In this document: in pieces, positions 1 to 12,429 of the stretch
How the letters are laid out: each line of letters begins with the position of its first letter
How positions within the stretch are numbered: the stretch's first letter is position 1
Assembly (NCBI GenBank): GCA_951406725.2
Contig: OX597835.1
Coordinates: 27,900,001 to 27,964,000, forward strand
DNA from: Octopus vulgaris
Lineage: Eukaryota
DNA length: 64,000 nt
Reading direction: 5' to 3'
Translations under genes and position numbers: made by a program
The notes under the pieces: generated by a model
The model's input: only the letters and a program-made list of their open reading frames with translations
The model's database searches: none
What the model was told of the DNA's origin: nothing

Positions 1-30
1 GCATACATACACATATATACACATATATAG

Positions 31-81
<51 letters not shown>

Positions 82-764
82 TGCATACATATATATAGAC
101 ATGCATACATATATATATATATATATATATACACATACATACACATACACACATGTCCACGCAATTACATACACACACACACACACACATATATATCTAT
201 ATATGCATACATGTATGTATGCACATATATATTTTTTCCCTATTAATGACCACAAGCAACAATTTCAGACATAACTCCAAATACAAAAAAAATGTATGTA
301 TGTATATGTGTGTGTGTGTGTGTGCACACGCGGCGCACGCACGTTATATACAGTTTTTACAATTCTCATAGTGTTTGATTTTTATCAGAGATATTCTATT
401 ATTTATTATTATTATTATCATTCATTCAATACTGTTCGGAGATGCTATCGTATTCGACTTAAGTAATGCAAACATCATGTGACTAAACAGCTGGTGTACC
501 ACAAAGGAACTTTCCTGAGTCGGTGAGCGAAGAAGAAGAAATATAGGTTAAAGAACGACGCTTAGCACACGCTACAGACATTTCAAGCTTTGCTCTCTTT
601 CTTTCTCTCTCTCTCTCTCTCTCTTTCCACCTCAGTCACACGTCAATAATTATTTCAAAATATGTATATTTTATTAATTTAGCCTACATAACGAGATAAA
701 AAAAACAAAACTGATATTAAAACATTCGTTGTAATTTCATGTGTTTGTTTTGATTCTTTTTTTT

Positions 765-1223
765 TATTCTATAACTTGTTCCGGTGATCTTAGTTGTGGC
801 CATGCTGGAGCACCGCCTTTTTTTAGTTGAACAAATCGACCGCAGGACTTATTCTTCGTAAGCCTAGTACTTATTCTATCGGCCTCTTTTGCTGAACTGC
901 TGAGTGACGAGAATGCAAACACACCAACATCGGTTGTCGAGCGATGGAGAGAGACAAACACACACATACATATACATATATATACATACATACATATATA
1001 TACATACATACATACATATATACATACATACATACATACATATATATATATACATACATACATACATATATATACATACATACATACATATATATACATA
1101 CATACATACATATATATACATACATACATACATATATATACATACATACATACATATATATACATACATACATACATATATATACATACATACATATATA
1201 TACATACATACATACATACATAT

Positions 1224-1257
<34 letters not shown>

Positions 1258-1417
1258 ATATATATGTATATGTATACATACACACAGCAGGCTTCTTTCA
1301 GTTTCTGTCAACCAAATCCACTCGCAAGGCTTTGGTCGGCCCAAGGCTATAGTAGAAGACACTTGCCCAAGGTGCCATGCAGTGGGAATGAACCTGGAAC
1401 CATGTGGTTGGGAGCAA
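765..1417 (-). mobile_element. tRNA-derived CORE-type SINE (family B) with expanded internal (TACA/TA)n
   Basis: Reverse copy of family B: CORE-like ACCTTGGGCAAGTGTCTT and tail GGCGGTGCTCCAGCATGGCC; ~320-bp microsatellite at 960-1285. Confidence 0.85.
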
Positions 1418-2093
1418 GCTTATCATTTCATTTCCCACATATATAACTAACCACATGATCGACCAGACTATTGGATGTTGTTATAAATCGCTGATCACAA
1501 TGTGCTTTTTGCATCATTTTAGCTTTTGAATGACACCACCCCACTGGCTAAGCAAGCAGGCCAACGTCCACCTTGATCGGAAGGCTATTCCATCGCAGGG
1601 TTATCCACTTAGAGCTAAGTGGACTGGTGCAACATCCACTTGGTCTGGGGATTGAACCCATGATTCAGCAAATGTGAGTGCAACACTAACTAACCGCTAA
1701 GAATGCACATCATCATCGTTGTCGTTATTGTTTAATGTCAAGTTGGACAGTTGGACAGAAGCTGGCCAGACAGAAAACTACACCAGACATCTATGTCTGT
1801 TTTGGCATGGTTTTTACAGCTGGATGCCCTTCCTAACACCCAATACCCTGCAGAGTGGACTGGGTGCTTTTTACGCAGCACCAGCACTGCGCCTTCCTAC
1901 AAGTTGTTAATGCTGATAGTATATCCAGCACCATGATAGTGGATCTACAGCAAAAACTATCTCCTGTTTTAATAACGCTACAAATTCTCCAGCTCCCAAT
2001 GGCTTGATAGTGTGTCTATGAGAAAACTAGCAACTGTTTTGAATAAAACTGCGAATTTTCCTGCTTCAAAAGCTGATGTATTTATCTTCTCAG

Positions 2094-2148
2094 TTTGAAA
2101 GATTATATCAAGAACAAAAGAACCAATACTGTGACTAACACCCCTCAG
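2094..2148 (+). CDS. Candidate short exon (LKDYIKNKRTNTVTNTPQ)
   Basis: tttatcttctcAG acceptor and CAG|GTAACT donor; open in one frame; phase-compatible with 3753-3788; no homology recognised. Confidence 0.2.
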
Positions 2149-2502
2149 GTAACTGACATAAAAGAACTCTATTAGCAAAACCAAGCTTACTGTTGCTCAG
2201 TCAGCTACAAAATAGCAGTCAAACAGACACTCATTCCTCAAACAACAGCCTGCCATCTTAAAAACAACCACAACAGATAACACAACTTTCAGGTGTGTTT
2301 TATATACATGCGTGTGTGTGGTTGTGGGCATGGCTACGTGGCAAGAAGTTTGCTTTCCAGCCACATGGTTCTGGGTTCAACCTCACTGCATGGAAACTAG
2401 GGGAAGTGTGTTCTAGTCTAGTCATTGGCAGGTCCAAGCCTTGTGAGTGGATTTGATAAACAGAAACTGAAAGAAGCTTATCATATATGTATGTGTGTAT
2501 AC

Positions 2503-2734
2503 AAGGTAGCGAGCTAGCAGAAATGTTAGCACGCCGGGCAAAATGCGTAGCCGTATTTCGTCTGTTGTTACGTTCTGAGTTCAAATTCCGCCGAGATCGA
2601 TTTTGCCTTTTATCCTTTCGGGGTCGGTAAATAAAGTACCAGTTTCGCACTGGGTCGATGTAATCGACTTAATCCCTTTGTCTGTCCTTGTTTGTCCCCT
2701 CTATGTTTAGCCCCTTGTGGGTAGTAAAGAAATA
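2503..2734 (+). mobile_element. Meta/MESC-type SINE (family A)
   Basis: Head AAGGTAGCGAGCTAGCAGAA, box-B-like GAGTTCAAATTCC, central GCCTTTTATCCTTTCGGGGTCGGTAAATAAAGTACC, tail AAAGAAAT. Confidence 0.85.
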
Positions 2735-2778
2735 TATATGTTTGTGTGTATATATGCATGTGTATATATATATGTGTG

Positions 2779-2809
<31 letters not shown>

Positions 2810-2929
2810 GCAGAAAAATGTGTCGGCAGCCAGCTATGAGACTTGAACTCACACTTCTGTGATTATGCGTTACAGTGCTCTACCTTTAAGCTAAACTGTC
2901 CCAATGAGTAATCATAGGGTTTTGTCTCA

Positions 2930-3372
2930 CAAGTTTGAGTCTCAAGGAAGAAAAACGACCATCTTTGGTTTCCAGATGTAAGGTGTTCTTCCATCAGGAT
3001 AATGCTTGGCCACATACAACGAGGATGACATTCCAAAGGCTGGAGCAGTTTGAATGGGAGCCAATGCCTCACCCACCATATTCGCCAGCCATTGCCCCAT
3101 CTGATTACCATTTATTCCACAGTCTTCAAAATCATTTGGATGGAAAAAAATATGAATTCTGTAGATAAGGTCAGAACAGTACAGGAGGAGTATTTTTTGT
3201 CATGGACAAGTGGATTTTGGAAGAGGGGCCTTGCGGGTCTACCAGATAGATGGAAAATCATTGTAGAAAATGAAGGAGAGTATATTTTAGATTAATAAAG
3301 AACTTTGTTTATCTTAATTTTGAAAAATAAAAGAAGCATAAAAAACTGCATTATTTATGGGATGACCCAGTA
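2930..3372 (+). pseudogene. Mariner (DD34D) transposase C-terminal relic with 3' TIR
   Basis: FHQDNAWPH...PHPPYSPAIAPSDYHLF, frameshifted into ...LPDRWKIIVENEGEYILD*; ends CATTATTTATGGGATGACCCAGTA. Confidence 0.93.
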
Positions 3373-3752
3373 AAATAGCATGTTGCTACACAAATATACA
3401 CACAACAGGCTTCCATACAGTTTCCATCTTCTAGATTCCACTCACAAGATATTGATCAAACCAAGACAACAAGATACCTGTGAAGACATTTGCCTACAGA
3501 GCTGGGCAGTGTGAGGTTTGAAACCGTGACCACAGGATTGTGAAGCAAGCTTTTCAACTACACATGCATGCCTATGAACAACATTGCAATAATCATTACG
3601 AAACACTACGTAACTGTTGAAAACATAACATTGCATTCTGGTTATTTCCATTTATATTACTCTCTCTCTCTCTCTCTCACACACACACGCATTCTTTGTG
3701 AAGAAAAACAAAAATATGTTTTTCCAATTGACCACATCTATTTCTTTTTCAG

Positions 3753-3788
3753 GAATCTATGTTAATGCTAAGAAATAATATCCAATAA
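3753..3788 (+). CDS. Candidate terminal exon (ESMLMLRNNIQ*)
   Basis: tttctttttcAG acceptor followed by a short frame to TAA and unique UTR-like DNA. Confidence 0.15.
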   Translation, partial: ESMLMLRNNIQ

Positions 3789-4654
3789 AGAGAGGTTATA
3801 CAATCCATTCTGTTCACATCAGTAACGACCGTTTTGCAGAATGCCACACAATGCACATGGTATAATTCACCACCAGCAATCTTCCTCGGAAAACATTTCT
3901 TTAACAAAAGCTGACAAAATCATTCTAAAAACTGGAGTCTCACCTTTGAACTTAAAAACATTCCCTTGATCGATATCTATTTCGATTCTAAGCCCGAACA
4001 AATAACAGAGATACGCAAAACTGTAATTTAAAATGGTGACATCTTTTCAACTATAACGTTATAAATCTTCTTAACAAAGAACCTCTGACTATCTCGAAAT
4101 GAAAGGAGGCAAGATGTCTCAATAAGCTCTTCGTAAAAAGCTCTTCATATTGGTGAGACATATTATTACACTCAACAAAATAGTCATGTATATATTTCTG
4201 TTGTCTTTTTGTCAAAATGTCTAATACAGATCAAGAAAAGATGATAACAGCTGTGAACAACAAAACAACAAAGTGTTGTTGAGATATGATTGAGGAAGGC
4301 TGAAGATGACGTAAGGTTCTTGAAGAAATTTATATTTTTCTCTCTTTATTTAGGTGCATGAATGGCTGTGTGCTAAGAAGCTTACTTCCCAATCATATAG
4401 CTTTGAGTTCAATCTCACTGTGTGGCACCTCGGGCAAGTGTTTCTACAGCAGACCTGGACCAACAAAGTGGAATGAAGATATAAAGTGGGACCCCCATTT
4501 CTGTGACTGTGGAATAGCCCAAGAATCACCTGATGGTTGATCTATTATTGGAATTTTTTTTTTTTTTTGATGGTCTGAGAAATAATACAAAGATTGCATA
4601 AGACAGAAATAAAACATGGAACTATTTATAGACAGAGATGAATAATGATAAGAG

Positions 4655-5306
4655 TTTCAAATTTTGGCACAAGGCCAGCAATTTGGGAGCGAGGGGATAA
4701 GTTGATTAAATTGACCCCAATATTCAACTGGTACTTATTTAATCGACTCTGAAAGGATGAAAGGCAAAGCCAACCTTGGCGGAATTTAAACTCAATGTAA
4801 AAACAGACAAACTGCTGCTAAGCATCTTACCCAGCATGCTAACAATCCTTTCCACTATTGGAACAAGGCCTGAAATTTTGGGTGAGTGCACCAGTCGATT
4901 ACATCAACCCCAGAACTTGACTGGTACTTAATTTATCAACCCCAAAAGGATGAAAGGCAAAGTCGACCTCGACGGAATTTGAACCCAGAATGCAATGACT
5001 GGTGAAATACTGCTAAGCATTTTGCCTAGCATATTAACGATTCTGCCAGCTCACCACCTTAATAATAATAATAATAAGAAGAAGAAGAAGAACCCTTTCT
5101 ATTGGAAGCACAAGGCCTCAAATTTGGGGAAAGGGATTAAGTCATTCACACCAACCCCAGTGTGTAACTTGTACTTATTTAATCGACCCCAAAATGATGA
5201 AAGGCAAAGTTGTCCCCAGCAGAATTTGAACTCAGAAAACAGTGGCAGATGAAATACTGCTAAGTATTTCACCTGGCATGCTAACAATTGTGTCAGCTCA
5301 CCACCT
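4655..5306 (-). mobile_element. Three successive family A (Meta-type) SINE copies
   Basis: Repeated GGTACTTATTTAATCGAC...GATGAAAGGCAAAG...GAATTTGAAC blocks, partly separated by (TAA)n. Confidence 0.8.
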
Positions 5307-5323
5307 AATAATAATAATAATAA

Positions 5324-5650
5324 GGGGTTGATTGCTACCTAACTCAGATACCAGGAAACCTCAAAATGGCAGAAATTCAAAAGATAGTGCTCATGGAAAC
5401 TGCTCATATCCTATGCAAAATACTTTCTTTGTAATCTCAAGTTTTAAAACAAACATAATTTTCGTATGGTTCTTTAGGCATTCACTAGTACAACACTAAG
5501 TACAAAACCAAATATATGGCACCCTAGGCATAACACCAACATGAACTTCCAACTTGTTGTCTCTTGAGGTCTCTGAGTGAGACTTGGAGCCAGCTTGTGC
5601 AAATGTAAAGCAAAAATCAAACATAGAATAATAATAATAATAATAATAAT
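5324..5650 (+). mobile_element. R4/Dong-clade LINE 3' end in (TAA)n
   Basis: Encodes ...MAEIQKIVLMETAHILCKILSL* (end of restriction-like endonuclease domain), then 3'UTR; (TAA)n on both sides; near-identical inverse copy at 42.4-42.7 kb. Confidence 0.8.
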
Positions 5651-6115
5651 CTCAGAAAATATAAAGATTTGCTGATTGAAATCAGAAAAATGTGGCATCT
5701 CAAGACAGTTACATTGATCAAACAAGGAACTGAAAATTATTTGAGGATAATCCCTGGCTTACCATTCATGCAGGAAGTGCAAAAGATTGTCTTATCTGGT
5801 ACATCACACATACTGAGAAGAGCGTTGTTGCTAAGAATTTTCTCTCCTTTTTTACCCACTCTATTTTCTGTGTTCTTATTTTCATTTTTTCCTATTTTTT
5901 AAAATTTTCTCTTTCCCTTTTCTTTCTTTCTTTCTCCCCCACCTTTTCTTTTTCTATCACATGACTTTGTAAATGGAAAAATCTGGTGTGTTTATTTTCA
6001 TGGCCTACCAATATATATATAGTGAGTTTCTTTGCCCTAGGTGTCAGGAAGACAATCAGCAAGAAATGGAAACAAAATAGAGAGAAGAGGATAATGATGA
6101 CAACAATAACAATAA
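5651..6115 (+). mobile_element. Second, different R4/Dong-like LINE 3' end
   Basis: RKYKDLLIEIRKMWHLKTVT...IPGLPFMQEVQKIVLSGTSHILRRAL, typical RLE C-terminus; starts directly after the (TAA)n tail of the first. Confidence 0.82.
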
Positions 6116-6319
6116 AGTGATTGGAACAAACAAAGCTACTTTGCAAAAAGATATCAAAATCCCTGCATTGACTGACTCTCAATTCTATCACATATTAATT
6201 CTTCTACCCTGAATACACTCTGCTACTCTGTATCAGTTGACCCTCGCTTATACCCTGAATTTGTCCTTTCACCCTGTATTGATTAACTCACACTTTCATG
6301 AGTATTGGTTTCCTCTCAC

Positions 6320-7520
6320 TCTCACCCTACACTCACCCATCTACCCGTTATTACCCATCTACCCTTTATTACCCCTCTGCCTGATATCATCCCTCTACTC
6401 TATGTTAATCTTTCCACCCTCTATCCACCCTTACTTCTACCCGATATTCACCCATCTACCCTTTATTACCCTTCTACCCAATATCATCTTTCTACTTTGT
6501 ATTGATCTCTCTACCCTTTGTTAATCTTTCCACCCTCTATTGATACCCCATTACTTCCACCCCAAATTCACCCTTCTGTTCTATATTCACCCTTCTACCC
6601 TTTATTACCCTTCTACCCAATATCATCCTTCTACTTTGTATTCATCTCTCTACCCTTTGTTAATCTTTCCACCCTCTATTGATACCCCATTACTTCCACC
6701 CCAAATTCACCCTTCTGTCCCATATTCACCCATCTACCCTTTATTAACTTTTTACCCAATATCATCTTTCTACTTTGTATCCATCTCTCTACCCTTTGTT
6801 AATCTTTCCACCCTCTATTGATACCCCATTACTTCCACCCCAAATTCACCCTTCTGCGCCATATTCACCCTTCTACTCTTTATTACCCTTCTACCCAATA
6901 TCATCTTTCTACTTTGTATTCATCTCTCTACCCTTTGTTAATCTTTCCACCCTCTATTGATACCCCATTACTTCCACCCCAAATTCACCCTTCTGTCCCG
7001 TATTCACCCTTCTACCCTTTATTACTCTTCTACCCAATATCATCCTTCTACTTTGTATTCATCTCTCTACCCTTTGTTAATCTTTCCACCCTCTATTGAT
7101 ACCCCATTACTTTCACCCCAAATTCACCCTTCTGTCCCATATTCACCCATCTACCCTTTATCACCCTTCTATCCAATATCATACTTCTACTTTGTATTCA
7201 TCTCTCTACCCTTTGTTTGTCTTTCCATCCTCTATTGATACCCCATTACTTCCACCCCAAATTCCCCCTTCTGTGCCATATTCACCCTTCTACCCAATAT
7301 CATCCTTCTACTTTGTATTCATCTCTCTACCCTTTGTTAGTCTGTCCACCCTCTATCGATCTCCACTTACTTCTACCCTGTATTCACCCATCTACCCCTT
7401 ATTACCCTTCTACCCACTATCATCCTTCTATTCCGTATTTATCTTACTACCCTATATCAATTTTTCTACCCAGTATTGATCGACTGCCACTTTTACCTTA
7501 TATTCATCCATCCACCCTGC
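6320..7520. repeat. 139-bp minisatellite, ~6-7 conserved units plus degenerate flanks
   Basis: TGATACCCCATTACTT recurs at 6541, 6680, 6819, 6958, 7097, 7236; top strand almost G-free. Confidence 0.95.
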
Positions 7521-8123
7521 TTTCATCTTTCCACTCTATATCGATTTACAAATCCCACCCACCCCAACACACTTCTATTTCCTACAGCTCTATTGTATTC
7601 ATTTCACCAGGAGAGTAAACACATCTGAAACTATAGATTCCAGTGACGTGTGCGTGTATGTTAGTAAATAGCTTAAGACATCATATTACTACTATTATTA
7701 TTATCATTATTATTATTATTACTATTATTATTACTACTATTATTATTATTCATTTCTTGGTACAGCAGCTGTTTCACCATTGTCAGATACTTAGATGTCT
7801 TGTTGCAACAACAAATACTGGCCTAATGACCACCCCACACCACTCCCTCTACATCCCACTTCACTCGAATGATATTTGCAAATGTGTTTGTAATTAACTT
7901 TATTTACTGGATATGACCATTCCCAACCACCTACCCACCATTCTTTTCCTTTTTCCTTTATTCTTTCTTTTTTTACTTCTACTGCGTTTTTCGAAATAAC
8001 CAAAGGATTTTCGCACTTATTTTAACTGCGTTCTTCACCAAAACACCGAGGCTGGTCAATCGGTCAATCAGTTGTCTGTGTTTACAGCTGTTTGTTACAG
8101 TATTTTTCAAGTGCTGTTTGTTC

Positions 8124-8215
8124 TCAACAAACTTCTTCTTCTCTTAACTTCTCAAATATGAGAGCCAATTTTTTCCCACAGAGATTCGCAGCAGCATGTT
8201 TGGCGAAGAATGAAG
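8124..8215 (-). CDS. Candidate terminal exon (e.g. xSFFAKHAAANLCGKKLALIFEKLREEEVC*)
   Basis: Long (TTG)n/T-rich tract ending ttgtctacatAG; unique sequence; reading phase unknown. Confidence 0.3.
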
Positions 8216-8289
8216 CTATGTAGACAAAACAACAACAACAACAACAGCAGCAAGCAGATGACAACATTCGCAAGTATCGATGGTTTTAA

Positions 8290-8536
8290 CCCTTAACAAA
8301 ATGGATTCAGCTTATCGGCAAGATTATTCTGTTAACCCCTGAACTGTGAAATTACATTTCATGGTTATTCTAACAATGATGTTAAATATCTACTGAAAAA
8401 TAGAATTGGCATTTTCTGCAAGTCACGTTTCTGCCTCAGTAAACTTGACATATCTCAACAGGATATAGTTCCAAACATGACATTCCTCAGTAAAAGATAG
8501 ATTGATATATAATCTATCTTTTCTGCAATGAAAGGG
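8290..8536. mobile_element. piggyBac-like MITE
   Basis: TTAA|CCCTT ... AAGGG|TTAA termini. Confidence 0.5.
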
Positions 8537-9034
8537 TTAAGAGAGAGTTACAGATAGCTTTTTGAATAAACAGGCCGAATGTTATTCATTTGTTTGATTT
8601 ACATCCATTTATTTACTTCATGCTAGCATGGGTTAGAGGAATACATAATACTGAAACAAAGTTTTATAACCAGATACCTTTCCTATCACTAACCCTTTAC
8701 CAGTTCTTCTGGGAATTAATTTTTTCTTACCTCCGCACTTGTCTTTGGAAATGCAAACATAGGCAACTGGTTGACCAACTGACCAGGTATGAAGTCTCAG
8801 AGAACAATGTAGTTAAAACAACTGCAGAAATCCTTTGGTTGTTTTGAAAATGTAGTAAAAAAAAAATAAAAAGGAAAATAAAAAAAGGAACAGGGGTGGG
8901 GAATAGTCACATCCAGTAATTAAAAGCTAATTGGAAACATGTTATTGGCAGGGAAGCATCAATAGACATGATGAACTTTAACTAAAATCTTTCATGTGAA
9001 GATGTGCAATAGAGACATTCACACACACACACAC

Positions 9035-9405
9035 TGCTTCCCAACCTTGTGGCTTTGGATTCAGTCCCACTGCATGACATCTTGGGCAAGTGTCTTCCAT
9101 TATAGCCTTGGGCCAACCAAAGCCTTGTGAGTGGATTTGGAAGACGGAAACTGAGAGAAGCCTGCCATGTGTGTGTGTTTGTGTGTGTCTTTATGTATGT
9201 GTTTGTCCCCACCACCACTTTACAACTGGTGTTGGTGTGTTAACATCCCTGTAACTTAGCAGTTCAGCAAAAGAGTCTAATAGTGTAAGTACCAGGTTTT
9301 AAAAAAGAAAAGCTTAAGTATTGGAGTCGATTCAATCAACTAAAAATTCTTGAAGGCATTGCTCCAGCATGACCACAGTCAAATGAAACAAGTAAAAGAT
9401 AAAAG
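9035..9405 (+). mobile_element. Family B SINE
   Basis: CATCTTGGGCAAGTGTCTT core and family tail. Confidence 0.8.
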
Positions 9406-9930
9406 ACACCCACGCACACACACACACATTCATTATGAACATGAGTCCTTTAACCTTTTCTTGATCATATTTCTAATGAAGTACATTCGCCACAGAATTT
9501 TAATTAATTTTGAAAATATTCAAGAATATGCCTAGATTTAATAAAACAACTCTGTAATTGTTAAGTCAGTGTTTGGAACACAAATTAACAAAAAGAGGAA
9601 GAAAATGAAAGACGGTCTTACATAGAACTACGATGGAAGATTTTAATTTAAATTCCAATAGTTTAAAATGGTAAGTTTTATATCAGAGAATCAAAAGTAT
9701 TCTTTTATTGATTGTAGCAATATCAATAGATTTAATGACGCAATCTTTGACCATGTGATTCCGCTTTATATGAGAAAAATTTGAACATCTTCATCTTCAA
9801 GTTATTTTCTTGATAACAAAAGATGTCCGTTGGCTGTTTGTTGTAATATTCAGCTTCCTTGCAGAGGAAGTTCCAGAAGTTCAAATGTGGGCAATAGATT
9901 GGGAGAAAGTTGTGTAATATTCGTTCCGAC

Positions 9931-10145
9931 AAAGGCAGCAAACTGGCAGAATTGTTAGTATGCCAGGAAAAATGCTTACAAGCATTTTGTTTATCTTTAT
10001 GTTCTGAGTTCAAATTCTGCTGAGGTCAGCTCTGCCTTTTGTCCTTTCAGGATTGATAAAATAAGTACCAGTTGAGTGCTGGGGGTCGATGTAATCAACT
10101 TAACCCCTACCCCAAAGTTACTGGCCTTTGGACCAAAATTTGAAG
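9931..10145 (+). mobile_element. Family A SINE
   Basis: Head, box B and Meta-like domain. Confidence 0.8.
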
Positions 10146-10175
10146 CTACTGTGGGTCCATGAACTAAATTCAAAA

Positions 10176-10210
<35 letters not shown>

Positions 10211-10234
10211 CACACACACACACATATATATAAA

Positions 10235-10443
10235 GTTAATCCAAACATGAAAACACAAAGAGAAAACACAACAACGCGAGGACGTGGAACAAATATAGTA
10301 TTATTGGACGCTCAGGAAGGAAGGGAAGAAGGAGGGATTAATGTTTCGAATGGAGCTCTTTGTCGGAAACATAGGAGAAGGAAAGATCCAGAGAAGGGAA
10401 GACAGAGGAAAAAAAAATCGCCAACGGTATGCACGCGGTCACA
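10235..10443 (-). mobile_element. Penelope-like non-autonomous element with degenerate hammerhead motif
   Basis: Inverse copy of 25655-25866; minus strand TTTCCGACAAAGAGCTCCATTCGAAACATT; flanked by (TA)n. Confidence 0.6.
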
Positions 10444-10886
10444 TATATATATATATATTATATTAAATTAGAGATAAAACCACTATTAGGCAAATCATAC
10501 AATGAAAAACTTAAGCCAATACATAAGATTAATTAATTTATATTATTTTAAATATATATCAAAATTAGTAAAAAAAGATAATTAGTATAACACTACAATC
10601 GTTTCAATAAGCATATCAAAAGGGGTCCATGTGAAAAGTCAATTAAATAAAATGGTTGAGAACCACAGTTCTATTTAATGGCTAACTACTACAATCAGTA
10701 TTTAACGTTTGTGACTGCAATTTGTTGCTAGTCACTCCATGAATTCTTCCGATGAGCAATTCCATGTATGCTTCACTGGATGGTAAGAATTGTCTGGAGT
10801 ACATATTATAAATAATAATAATAAAGAGTATGGAGACTTGCACATCCACAAAATTTTATTTTATAGTTATAAACAGATTGTTATAT

Positions 10887-10978
10887 AATGTCCTACATGC
10901 GTTTCCGCTGCAGCAACTACTCACAGTTGCAAATGCAACCTTGTGTAATTGTCAGTGCAGCTTTATCAGGGTCCATTC
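10887..10978 (-). ncRNA. Hammerhead-ribozyme-like motif (type I, Penelope-associated)
   Basis: Minus strand AATGGACC-CTGATAA-AGCTGCA...TGCAGC-GGAAAC-GCATGTA-GGACATT: helix II, GAAA box and helix I pairing present; core has G8>A. Confidence 0.55.
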
Positions 10979-11108
10979 ATTTGGTCATCCCCAAAGTGAA
11001 GTGATTGAAGTAAATTTTTGCTAGTTACTGTTCTGTAGGAGGTGTGTTGTTTATAGGCATGTGCTGCTGACCTCAGCATATACATACATACATACATATA
11101 TATATATA

Positions 11109-11435
11109 TCATCATCATCATCGTTTAATGTCCGCTTTCCATACTAGCATGGGTTGGAATGTTCAACTGGGGTCTGGGAAGCCAGAAGGCTGCACTAGGC
11201 CCAGTCTGATCTGGCAGGGTTTCTACAGCTGGATGCCCTTCCTAATGCCAACCACTCCGTGAGTGTAGTGGGTGCTTTTTACGTGCCACCAGCACAGGTG
11301 CCAGAGGAATCTGGCAGCGGCCACGATCGGATGGTGCTTTTTACGTGCCACTGGCACAGAAGCCAGTCAGGGCGGTGCTGGCAACGGCCACGTTCAACTG
11401 GTTCTCTTATGTGCCACTGGCACTGGTATCACAGC
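11109..11435 (-). mobile_element. RTE LINE 3'UTR fragment (family C), (GAT)n tail
   Basis: Matches the 3'UTR joined to RTE coding end at 22043-22876. Confidence 0.8.
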
Positions 11436-11599
11436 TACAATTTCCATTGATGGTGATCGATTTCGATGAGACCATAACCTGTGGCCTATCCCAGTGGTGT
11501 TTAACCAGCCCACTGATGAGTACCCTTCATTCAGTGGACAATAAAGTTTGCTTGCAAAAACCTATTGAAGCAAGTGAAATCAAAATCACTGATGTGGTC

Positions 11600-12085
11600 G
11601 ATGACAGTACTGCCTGATTGGCACCTGCACCTGTGGAATGTTAAAAGCACCATCCAAGCATGATTGTTGCCAGGGCTGCTGACTGGCTCCCATGCCGGTG
11701 GCACGTAAAAAGTACCATTCGAGTGTGATCATTGCCAGCATCACCTTACTGGCACCTGTGCTGGTGGCACATGAAAAACAAACATTCAAGCATGGATGTT
11801 GCCAGTGCCACTGGACTGGCTCCTGTGCAGGTGGCACGTAAAAAACACCATTTGAGCATGGCCGTTGCCAGTACCGCCTGACTGGCCATCATACCAGAGG
11901 CACATAAAAGCACCCACTACACTCTCGGTGTGGTTGGCATTAGGAAGGGCATCCAGCTGTAAAAACTTTGCAAGATCAGATTGGAGTCTGGTGCAGCTTT
12001 CTGGCTTGCCAGTCCTCAGTCAAACCGTCTAACCCATGCCAGCATGGAAAGCGGACGTTAAACAACTACAACGACAATGATAATT
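11600..12085 (+). mobile_element. RTE 3'UTR fragment (family C) with internal GGCACGTAAAAAGCACC repeats
   Basis: GGTTGGCATTAGGAAGGGCATCCAGC...CATGGAAAGCGGACGTTAAA tail. Confidence 0.8.
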
Positions 12086-12396
12086 ATGACATATATATAT
12101 ATATACCAAATATATACGTTTTATTATTATTTTGCAATTTACTTAATCATCGGTATATTATTGTTATTTTATTTTTAATATTTCCATTATATGTCATTTT
12201 CTAGATGGTGTTATTTAATTGTTCATTTTGAATTGATAAAAGGTGGCTTTTTCTAATTTATATATATATATATATATATGAATAAAAAATGGAGTTAACG
12301 CAGGTGTAAACAAATATTTTTACTTTCGACACATGTTTCGAAAATTCCACTGATACTATTCAAAAGAATAAATGGTATAAACAATGCAATACACTC

Positions 12397-12429
<33 letters not shown>

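Noticed and set aside
764-1450. Overlapping 117-173 aa ORFs (YICM/HTYI repeats); similar ORFs at 13.0, 26.5, 48.5, 52.2 and 55.6 kb
   Set aside because: Translations of stop-free microsatellites
6237-7618. Series of 93-aa Pro/Tyr/His-rich ORFs
   Set aside because: Result of a 139-bp unit that is not a multiple of 3, so frames rotate and stop each cycle
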